Origin: Mycobacteriales bacterium
GTDB taxonomy: Bacteria > Actinomycetota > Actinomycetes > Mycobacteriales > Pseudonocardiaceae
Reading direction: 5' to 3'
Assembly (NCBI GenBank): GCA_038276315.1
Contig: JBBPZY010000151.1
Location: forward strand, 16,659-80,658
DNA: 64,000 nucleotides
Made by a program: the position numbers and the translations under genes. This document shows, piece after piece, positions 53,915-64,000 of the stretch (its first letter is position 1; every line of letters begins with the position of its first letter). The notes beneath the pieces are model-generated. The model worked only from the letters and a program-made list of their open reading frames with translations. It searched no databases and was not told where the DNA came from.

Positions 53915-54633
53915 ATGAGGTCCCTGCTGCACCTGGACGCCAGCGCCGGCGACCCGGGCGACTCGGTCAGCAGGCAGCTGACCGAGCTGTTCGCCGACAC
54001 CTGGCGGGAGCTGTACCCGGAGGCCGGCTACCGGTACCGGGACCTGGCCGTCGATCCGATTTCGCCGTTGGCACCGGCCTACACCACGCTGGGCCGGCGG
54101 GTGGAGCGGCACGGCGGCGTCCCGCCGAGCCGGGTTGCCGCGCTGGTCGAGGGCACGGCCGAGGAGCGGGAATGGGCGCTGAGCCTGCCGCGGGTCATCG
54201 AGTTGCTGGCGGCGGACACCGTGCTGATCGGAGTGCCGATGTACGACTTTTCGGTGCCCGCCGCGCTGAAAGCGTGGATCGACCGGGTGACCTTTCCTGC
54301 GGCCTACGTCGACCCGGACACCGGCGCGCCCCTGCTGCGAGGTACCAGGGTGGTGTTGGCCATCGCGCGCGGCGGCGGGTACGGCTCGGGACACCGCGGG
54401 AGGCTTTCGACTCTCAAATCCCCTATCTGCGCGCCTACTTCGGCAACCTCGGGGTGGCCGAAGCGGACCTGCGCGTCGTGCAGGTCGAGATGACCGTGTC
54501 GGACATCGTCCCCAAGCTCACCGGTTTCCGAGACCTAGCGGCAAGCTACCTGGCGGCGGCGCGGGCCGAGATGACATCCCTGGCCGCTGAGTCGAGCAAC
54601 CCCGCGCTCCAGGCAGCCGCGCGGCGGCCCTAG
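53915..54633 (+). pseudogene. azoR: FMN-dependent NADH-azoreductase (AzoR-like) with one frameshift near 54388-54391
   Basis: Frame A reads MRSLLHLDAS...VLAIARGGGYGSG. Homology then continues in another frame as TPREAFDSQIPYLRAYFGNLGVAEADLRVVQVE... A single missing base after GGCTCGGG restores one ORF. Confidence 0.7.
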
Positions 54634-55682
54634 TGCGGGACGTGGGTGGCGTCGCGGACCGTGCCGACGTACTCCTCGACTACGTCCTCCAGCGCGACGA
54701 CGCCTTCGGTGCTCGCATCGGGGCCGATGACCCGGGCGAGATGGCTGCCGGAACGGCGCAGCAGCGCCAGCGCCTCGCCGAGCTTGGCCGTGGACGCTAC
54801 GTCAGGCAGTGGGCGAGCGGTGCCCGCTGGCACCGGTGTGTCCGGGGGCCTGCCGAGCAAGCTCAGTACGTCTTTGACGTGCAGATAGCCCACCAGCTGC
54901 GAGTCGCCCATCGTCCCGGCGGCGCGAAGCGGGAAGCGAGAGAAACCGGTCTGCGCTACGGCGGACTCGATGTCGCCCAGAGTGGGTTCGGCGGGCACCG
55001 TGGTCAGTCCGGACATCGGGATGAGCACGTCGGCGACGCTGCGCTGCGTTGTCGACAACGTTTGGGTCAACCTGCGCTGCTCTTGGCTGTCCAGCAGTCC
55101 TTCCCGGCTGGAGTCAGCGATCAGATTGGCTAGTTCCTCGGAGCTGTAGGCACTGCCCAGCTCGTCGCGAGGCTGCACGCCAAAGAGGTGCAGAACCAGC
55201 CGTGCGGCGTGGCTGAACAACGCGATGACAGGTCGAGTCAGCCGCATGAAGGCGACCAGCGGCGGCACCATCCACAGTGCCGTGCGCTCCGGGCCCGCAA
55301 TGGCGATGTTCTTCGGCACCATCTCTCCGAGCAGGATGTGCGCCACTGTGACGATTCCCAGTGCGACGATGAAGGCGACGGTATGCGTTACTGCGTCGGG
55401 GACACCGAGCGGACCGGTCAACCGCTCCAGCTGGGCGGCGACGGCGGGTTCACCGAGCGAGCCCAGCCCTAGCGAGCTGATGGTAATCCCGAGCTGTGCT
55501 GCGGCCAGCATCAGCGGCAACTGCTGCCCGGCGCGGATCACCGTGGCAGCCCGCTGTACCCCGCGCTTGGCCATCGTCTCCAACCGATCTCGCCGAGCGC
55601 TGATCAGGGCGAACTCGGCACCGACGAAGAAAGCGTTACTGGCTAGCAGCAACAGCGCAACGAGCAGCACGGCGGCACTCAC
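54630..55682 (-). CDS. CNNM/DUF21 + CBS-pair membrane protein (Rv1841c-like)
   Basis: VGAEFALISARR DUF21 start and CBS pair. The GTG at 55682 overlaps the upstream TGA. The ORF track extends to 55769. Confidence 0.85.
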   Translation of the reverse strand: MSAAVLLVALLLLASNAFFVGAEFALISARRDRLETMAKRGVQRAATVIRAGQQLPLMLAAAQLGITISSLGLGSLGEPAVAAQLERLTGPLGVPDAVTHTVAFIVALGIVTVAHILLGEMVPKNIAIAGPERTALWMVPPLVAFMRLTRPVIALFSHAARLVLHLFGVQPRDELGSAYSSEELANLIADSSREGLLDSQEQRRLTQTLSTTQRSVADVLIPMSGLTTVPAEPTLGDIESAVAQTGFSRFPLRAAGTMGDSQLVGYLHVKDVLSLLGRPPDTPVPAGTARPLPDVASTAKLGEALALLRRSGSHLARVIGPDASTEGVVALEDVVEEYVGTVRDATHVPH

Positions 55683-57043
55683 GGGACCGCCTGCTCGGCG
55701 AGTGCGGGTCGGGTGAGCCGCAGATCCGCGATGCGGCGGCGGTCCATCCGCAGCACGGTCAGCCGCCACCCGTCGAGGGCAACCTCGTCGCCGACGTCGG
55801 GAATGCGGCCCAGCCGTTCCAGCACCAGGCCCGCCACGGTCTCGTAGTCGCCTTCGGGCATCACGAATCCCACCGCATCGGCCACCTCGTCGGCTCGTAG
55901 CAACCCGGAGATGATCCAGCTCTGCTCGTCCAGCGCTTGGATCTGGGACGCCTCCAGCGGATCATGCTCGTCGCGGACGTCGCCGACGATCTCCTCCACC
56001 AAGTCCTCGAGCGTGACGATCCCCGCGGTACCGCCGTACTCGTCGACCACGATCGCGACCTGAAGACCCTGGCCCCGTAACCGGTCGAGCAGCGCATCGC
56101 CGTCCAGCGAGCTCGGCACAGTGGGGACCGTGCTGGCCAGCGCGCCGACCCGGGACGCCGCACGCAGACCAGCCGGCACCGCGAAGGCCTGCTTGACGTG
56201 CACCACACCGCGCACGTCGTCGAGGTCGCTGCCGTAGACGGGGAAGCGGGAGAATCCGGTCCGCCGCGCGGCGTCCACCAGGGCAAGTACCGGTTCGTCC
56301 GCCCGCAGCGCCCGCACCCGGACCCGAGGGGTCATCAACTCCTCAGCGGTGCGCTCACCGAAGCGCAGCGAACGATCCAGCAGCGTTGCGGTGCCCTCGT
56401 CCAGGGTTCCCTGCGCCGCGCTGCTGCGAACCAACGAACCGAGCTCCTGTGGTGAACGAGCGGCGCGCAGATCCTCGGCCGGTTCGATGCCCAGCCGACG
56501 GACAATCCAGTTCGCCACCCCGTTCAAGGTGGAGATCAACCAGCGGAAGCCGATGGAGAACGTATTGACCACCCCAGCGACTTGCCGCGCCGTCTGCAGC
56601 GGCCTGGAGATGGCCAGATTTTGCGGTACGAGCTCGCCGAATACCATCGACAACGCGGTTGCCAACGTCAACCCGACCGCCAGAGAGACCCCGTCGACGG
56701 CGCTCATGGAGAGCCCGACCGCGAGCAGGGCGGGCCGGGTCAACCCGGCGATGGCCGGCTGGACCACGTACCCGGTGAGCAAAGTGGTGATCGTGATGCC
56801 GACCTGCGCACCGGAGAGCTGGAAGGACAGCGTGCTGCGAGCATGCTGGACCTGGCGGGCCCGGCGGTCGCCGACCTGCTGGACGTGCGCGTCGACAGTG
56901 CTGCGCTCCAGGGTGGCGAGGGAGAATTCGCCGGCGACGAAGACGAAGGTACCTGCGGTGAGGGCAGCCAGCCCAAACAGGCCCCACAATGGGCCCCAGA
57001 AGTAGCCGAAGAAAAGATCCCACATGTCACGCAAGACGCCCAT
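55679..57043 (-). CDS. CNNM/DUF21 + CBS-pair + CorC_HlyC domain membrane protein (Rv1842c-like)
   Basis: 454 aa. AGEFSLATLERS start, CBS pair, and a C-terminal transporter-associated domain (DGWRLTVLRMDRRRI). Confidence 0.9.
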   Translation of the reverse strand: MGVLRDMWDLFFGYFWGPLWGLFGLAALTAGTFVFVAGEFSLATLERSTVDAHVQQVGDRRARQVQHARSTLSFQLSGAQVGITITTLLTGYVVQPAIAGLTRPALLAVGLSMSAVDGVSLAVGLTLATALSMVFGELVPQNLAISRPLQTARQVAGVVNTFSIGFRWLISTLNGVANWIVRRLGIEPAEDLRAARSPQELGSLVRSSAAQGTLDEGTATLLDRSLRFGERTAEELMTPRVRVRALRADEPVLALVDAARRTGFSRFPVYGSDLDDVRGVVHVKQAFAVPAGLRAASRVGALASTVPTVPSSLDGDALLDRLRGQGLQVAIVVDEYGGTAGIVTLEDLVEEIVGDVRDEHDPLEASQIQALDEQSWIISGLLRADEVADAVGFVMPEGDYETVAGLVLERLGRIPDVGDEVALDGWRLTVLRMDRRRIADLRLTRPALAEQAVP

Positions 57044-57237
57044 TACATCGTCCGCGCGGATAGTGAGGGATAGGTGGACCCGCAGCCCGGCGACCTACTG
57101 CAGCCGGGCGTCGATGCGGCAGGCACCGAGTTCGTCACACTCCTCGTGAGCCGGGGTTCGGTCGATTCTACGGGTGTACGGGCTGATGTCGAGCGCATTG
57201 CGCGCCAGCGCACCGCCATTCGGGCTAACGTGTCGGT

Positions 57238-58098
57238 GTGCGGATCGGCATTCTCGGAGGCGCTGCGCCGTTCGACGGCGCCGTCCGGCAGTTGGGAACT
57301 GAGCTCGGTCGCCGATGCTGGGGGTTGGTGCTCGGCGTTGCCGGGCCGGTCCCGTTCGACACCATCGGGCCGGAATCTGACGTCGTGGAAGTCTTACCCC
57401 GGGGCGCCGAACCAGGCACTCGTGCCGCCGACCGGCGGGCTGTGGACGGGCCGGTCGGACGGATGGACGCGGTGCGCCTGCTGTCTGATGCTGTTGTGGT
57501 GCTGCCCGGCGGGATCGACGTATTAGCCGATCTGCTCACGCTGCTCACCGAGCAGGCGCTGGGGTTGAGTGACAAACCCTGCGGCGTGCTGGATCCGACC
57601 GGCTTGCTCGACCCGCTGGCTGAACAGCTCGACGCGTTGGTCCGGGCCGGACTGCCTGCCGCACCGCTGCTGCGGGCCGGCGATCCGGCCGAACTGCTGG
57701 ATCAACTGGCCGCCTGGCGGCCCCACGGAGGCGGCGCCGTGCGTGCCGAGGTCGCGTGGCTGCGCATCAGCGACTCCAACCTGGCGCTGCTCCCCACCCC
57801 GGCGGGACTGCGGTTGCCTGGCGGTCCGCGCCGATCGGGCGAGCGTGGCGCCGTGGCGCTAAGCCGGGTGATGGCCGAGGGTATTTCGGTGCCGCTGCGT
57901 CCAGAACGGCTGCACCCGGTGGCCGCGCTGATGGTGCCGGACGCCGACGGCGGGTGGCGCCGGGTGAGCTGTTACCGAGCCGACGGCCCGCAACCGGTGG
58001 TTCCTGGCGCAGTCTCGCATCCGTTGGGCGAGGCTGCGGCCTGCGAACCGGCGGCCGCAGCGTTGCAGGATCTGCTTCGTCGAGGACGCATCCCGTGA
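57238..58098 (+). CDS. divergent LOG-like (TIGR00730-type) domain fused to a degenerate Nudix-like domain
   Basis: The N-terminal 170 aa align in my reading to LOG proteins (…AVVVLPGGIDVLADLL…DKPCGVLDP…). The C-terminus has LPGGPRRSGERGAVALSRVMAEGISV, resembling a decayed Nudix box. Confidence 0.55.
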   Translation: MRIGILGGAAPFDGAVRQLGTELGRRCWGLVLGVAGPVPFDTIGPESDVVEVLPRGAEPGTRAADRRAVDGPVGRMDAVRLLSDAVVVLPGGIDVLADLLTLLTEQALGLSDKPCGVLDPTGLLDPLAEQLDALVRAGLPAAPLLRAGDPAELLDQLAAWRPHGGGAVRAEVAWLRISDSNLALLPTPAGLRLPGGPRRSGERGAVALSRVMAEGISVPLRPERLHPVAALMVPDADGGWRRVSCYRADGPQPVVPGAVSHPLGEAAACEPAAAALQDLLRRGRIP

Positions 58099-58112
58099 TC
58101 GGCACGCGGACT

Positions 58113-60600
<2,488 letters not shown>

Positions 60601-60604
<4 letters not shown>

Positions 60605-62970
60605 CCCGCCGCCTCGCCAGGCAACCGACGGGCGAGTGGTTCCCGGCCTTGCGGCTGCGCGAGGTGATCTGTCGACGGGACCGGCGGGATCTTCTGCACG
60701 ACCGGCGCGTCCATGGCCAGCGTGATGGGCTGCCCGTGGTGCCGCAGCTCCAGCCCTGCGCCCTCGAGAAGTTGGTACTCCGTTTGCCCGGGGGTGATCT
60801 CCACCTGCAGTCGCCGACCGCGCCAGCGCAGCCGGAAAGTGATTCTGGTCAATGTCTCAGGCAACCGGGGCGCGAACGCCAGGCCGCCGTCGTCGAGATG
60901 ACGCAGCCCACCGAACCCGGCCACCAGCGCGGACCAGGCACCGGCCAGCGACGCGACGTGCAGGCCATTGCTGGTGTTGTGCGCCAGATCCGCCAGATCC
61001 ATCAGCGCGGTCTCGCAGAGGTAGTCGTAGGCGAGGTCGAGGTGTCCGGTCTCGACCGCCAGCACGGCCTGGGTCGCCGCCGACAGGGACGAGTCACGGA
61101 CGGTAATCCGCTCGTAGTAAGCGAAGTTACGAGCTTTCTGCTCGTCGGTGAACGCCTCCGGGCACAGGTGCATGGCCAAGACCAGGTCGGCCTGCTTCAC
61201 CACCTGCTTGCGGTACAGGTCGAAGTAGGGGAAGTGCAACAGCAGAGGATATTGATCCGGCGCGGTGCCGGCGAAGTCCCACATTGCGTGCTCGGTGAAT
61301 CCCTCAGCCTGCGGGTGCACCCCGAGATTCTCGTCGTAGGGCACCACCATTTCGGCCGCCGCGTCACGCCATGACGCGGCTTCCTCAGCGTCTACGCCCA
61401 AGGCGGCGGCACGCTCCAGGTGCCGCCCGACGGCGTCTGCGGCCGCCCGGAGGTTCCGCTGCGCCATCAGGTTGGTGTAGACGTTGTTGTCGGCCACCGC
61501 GCTGTACTCGTCGGGCCCGGTGACACCGTCGATGCGGAAGTGACCCGCCAGGTCGTGATGGCCCAACGAGCGCCACAGTCGCGCCGTCTGCACCAGCAGC
61601 TCGAGCGCGACATCGCGCTCGAAGTCGACGTCGCCAGTGGCGGTCACATGGCGGATCGCTGCGTCGGCGATGTCGGCGTTGATGTGGAAGGCCGCGGTAC
61701 CCGCGGGCCAGTATCCGGAGCATTCCTGGCCTTGGATCGTGCGCCACGGAAAAGCCGCGCCGGCCAGGCCGAGCTGGCCGGCGCGCTCGATCGCCAGTGG
61801 GAGGGTCTGCTGGCGCCAGCGGAGCACGTCGGCAGCGGCGTCCGGCACCGTGTGGCTGAGCACCGGTAGCACGAAGGTCTCGGTGTCCCAGAAGGTATGG
61901 CCGTCGTATCCGGGACCGGTCAGGCCCTTGGCCGCGATCCCTCGCCCCTCGGCGCGCGCTCCGGCCTGCAGCACGTGGAACAACCCGAACCGGACCGCCT
62001 GTTGAAGCTGTGAGTTACCGTCGACCTCCACGTCGGCGGCAGCCCAGAAGTTGTCGAGGTACTCGCGCTGTTCAGTGATCAGCCCGGTCCAACCGGTGTA
62101 GCGAGCCGCCGCCAGCGCCGCCCTGACCTGGTCGTTGAGCGCTGGAACCGACCGTTGCGAAGACCACCCGTAGGCGAGGTACTTCACCACCCGAAGCCGC
62201 TGACCGGGTTGCAGCCGACAGATCACCGTGGTCCGTGCGACGTGCTCGGTCACTGAAGATTGAAACTCCGTCCGCGACGGTCCGATCACCTCATGGTCCA
62301 TCGCCGCGGCGATGCGCAAGCCAGAATGGCGAGTGCTGTGCAGCAGCGTGGCGCCGGTGTCGTTGCACCGGTGCTGCTCGGCGACCAGCGGTTCGGACAG
62401 CGCCGCGGCCACCCGCGGGTCGTGGGTGGTGATGGGCAGCTGTTCGTTGGCGAACAGCTCAGACTGCACGACCAGCAGCACCGGCTGGTCGACTGGCTCG
62501 ACCTCGTAGTGGATCGCGACGACAGCTCGTTGGACCAGCGACACCATCCGCTGCGAGGCGACCCGCACCGCCTTACCGGCGGGAGACACCCACTCCACCC
62601 GGCGGCGCAGCGTCCCGGCCCGCAGGTCAAGCACGCGTTCGTGCGACCGCAGTTCCCCGTATCGAACGTCCAATGGCTCGTCGTCGACCAGCAGCCGAAT
62701 CAACTTGCCGTTGGTGACGTTGACGATCGTCTGCCCGGACTCGGGATAGCCGTAGCCACCCTCGGGATAGGGCAGCGGCCGCAGCTCATAGAAGGAATTG
62801 AGGTAGCTGCCGGGCAGCGCGTGCGGATCGCCCTCATCGAGGTTTCCGCGCAGCCCGATGTGCCCGTTGGCCAGTGCGAAAACCGACTCTGTCTGTCCCA
62901 TGGCGCCCAGGTCCAGGCGGTTCTCCCGAACAGCCCATGGTTCGACGACGAACTGGTTCTGCTCGATCAC
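60601..62970 (-). CDS. GH65 glycoside hydrolase / disaccharide phosphorylase (kojibiose/trehalose/maltose phosphorylase family, Rv3401-like)
   Basis: 789 aa. N-terminal MIEQNQFVVEPWAVRE, and the central catalytic region has GYDGHTFWDTE. Confidence 0.9.
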
Positions 62971-63080
62971 CGCCGGCTCAGCAGCTTATCGAGGTCGTTG
63001 ACGACGACACCGGGATCGGACCCATCGAGCGCGCCGAGCATGCGCATACCACCATCCATTGGCCAGTAGGAGGCCCGAAA
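62967..63080 (-). pseudogene. possible 3' remnant (about 35 codons) of the HAD/beta-phosphoglucomutase-like gene that normally precedes GH65
   Basis: Manual translation gives ...YWPMDGGMRMLGALDGSDPGVVVNDLDKLLSRR*. Its TGA overlaps the GH65 GTG (GTGA). The tail resembles the ..AGM.v.Gv......l..Ad.vv.dL..Ll end of HAD hydrolases. Confidence 0.35.
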
Positions 63081-63093
63081 TCGTAGCGTACGG

Positions 63094-63333
63094 TCACTTG
63101 GCGATGATCAGGTACAGGCCGTAGCCGACCATCAGGGCACAGGCGAGGAAGCACAACACCGCCAGCACCGGTCGGGAGGCCACGGTGTCGGCGCTCGGCC
63201 CAGGGGCTGAGGTCGGATCGGCCGCTGGTCCGGCGAGCGCTCTGATGCCGAAGGAGAACAGCACGATCACCGCGATGGCGGCTCCGAATGAGACGACGAA
63301 GACCGCACCGAGGGCGCCCCAGTCGATGTTCAT
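63094..63333 (-). CDS. small two-TM membrane protein coupled to the phosphate transporter gene (Rv0544c-like position)
   Basis: MNIDWGALGAVFVVSFGAAIAVIVLF... The ATG overlaps the upstream TGA (ATGA). Confidence 0.6.
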   Translation of the reverse strand: MNIDWGALGAVFVVSFGAAIAVIVLFSFGIRALAGPAADPTSAPGPSADTVASRPVLAVLCFLACALMVGYGLYLIIAK

Positions 63334-64000
63334 ACGCACACCCCCTCAGGCTCGACCCCAGCGGGCTGTAGCCGCTTCGCTGGCACGTCGTTGACGTTGT
63401 TCGGACCCACCGGCTGACGCCGGGACAGCGCGTAGATACCGCCAGCGATGGCCGCACCGACCACACCGACGACCACAGTCCCGGTGGTTCCCGTCTGGGC
63501 CACCCAGGCCGCCAGCGCCCCGACGATGGCCGCGGACGGCAGCGTCAACAGCCAGCCGATCAACATCTGTCCGGCCAGGCCCCATCGCACCGAAGCCAGC
63601 CGCCGGCCGGTCCCCACCCCGAAGATCGCGCCCGAGACCACCATGGTGGTCGACAGCGGGAACCCGAGCTGCGCGGAGACCAAAATGACACCGGTACTGG
63701 CTGTCTCGGCGGCGAAACCCTGCGGCGTTTCGATCTCGGTGACGCGCTTGCCGAGCGTTCGGATGATCCGCCAGCCACCCAGGTAGGTGCCCAGGGCGAT
63801 AGCCAGCCCCGCCATGAGGATCACCCAGAACGGCGGTGCGGAGCCGGCCCGCAGCGTGCCGGCGGTGATCAGCGTCAGGGTGATGACACCCATCGTTTTC
63901 TGCGCGTCGTTGGTGCCGTGGGCCAGTGAGACCATCGAGGCCGAGATCACCTGGCCGGCTTTGAAGCCGCGGCCCACCGCTGCTCGGTCGGCTCGCGCCG
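63330..64000 (-). CDS. pit: PiT-family inorganic phosphate transporter; 5' end outside the window
   Basis: SLAHGTNDAQKTMGVITL is the PHO4 signature. The reading frame stays open to the window edge. Confidence 0.85.
   Translation of the reverse strand, partial: ARADRAAVGRGFKAGQVISASMVSLAHGTNDAQKTMGVITLTLITAGTLRAGSAPPFWVILMAGLAIALGTYLGGWRIIRTLGKRVTEIETPQGFAAETASTGVILVSAQLGFPLSTTMVVSGAIFGVGTGRRLASVRWGLAGQMLIGWLLTLPSAAIVGALAAWVAQTGTTGTVVVGVVGAAIAGGIYALSRRQPVGPNNVNDVPAKRLQPAGVEPEGVCV

Noticed and set aside
57074-57526. 150-aa ORF overlapping the start of the LOG-like gene
   Set aside because: It is in a different frame from the LOG-like homology and has no recognisable motif. It is probably a shadow ORF.

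Overview
High-GC actinobacterial chromosomal core segment with about 60 protein genes. I recognised no rRNA, tRNA, CRISPR array, transposase or integrase. Gene order (compared from memory) follows the Mycobacterium tuberculosis Rv2219-Rv2175c block: DUF4191 protein, lipA, E2/E3 of the 2-oxoacid dehydrogenases, pepA, gcvT, ilvE, cobS/cobT/cobU, erpA, asnB, ctaC/ctaF, qcrCAB, ctaE, trpD, two RipA-like NlpC/P60 hydrolases, a pimB-like GT4, fadD15, plsC, an RNase AS-like exonuclease, pfkA, aroG, and a PknL-position kinase with its Rv2175c-like partner. A DUF3516 helicase, a second Ser/Thr kinase, a methyltransferase and an MDMPI-family gene join this to the Rv1822-Rv1843c block: a CDP-alcohol phosphatidyltransferase, gcvH, garA, MerR, a DUF151 nuclease, MerR, gcvP, a CNNM/CBS pair and guaB1. 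A PfkB kinase, a GH65 phosphorylase and a partial PiT transporter follow. I did not find a convincing self-contained novel multi-gene system, and the window is mostly housekeeping. The observations most worth a second look are these. (1) Gene decay inside conserved operons: a heavily frameshifted and deleted asnB, a frameshifted azoreductase, a truncated nucleoside phosphorylase, and a roughly 35-codon remnant of the HAD/beta-PGM gene upstream of GH65. (2) A 7-mer, TAGTGAC, present in the same orientation upstream of four consecutive plus-strand transcription units around trpD and the two RipA-like hydrolases. (3) A roughly 60-bp palindromic element present in two copies. (4) An in-frame perfect 15-bp x3 tandem repeat in the PfkB kinase. 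(5) A LOG-like/Nudix-like fusion with both catalytic motifs eroded. (6) Small deviations in signalling proteins: GarA has EQTS instead of ETTS, and there is a pseudo-receiver upstream of trpD. All homology statements come from reading the translations and from memory of the families. No database search was run.
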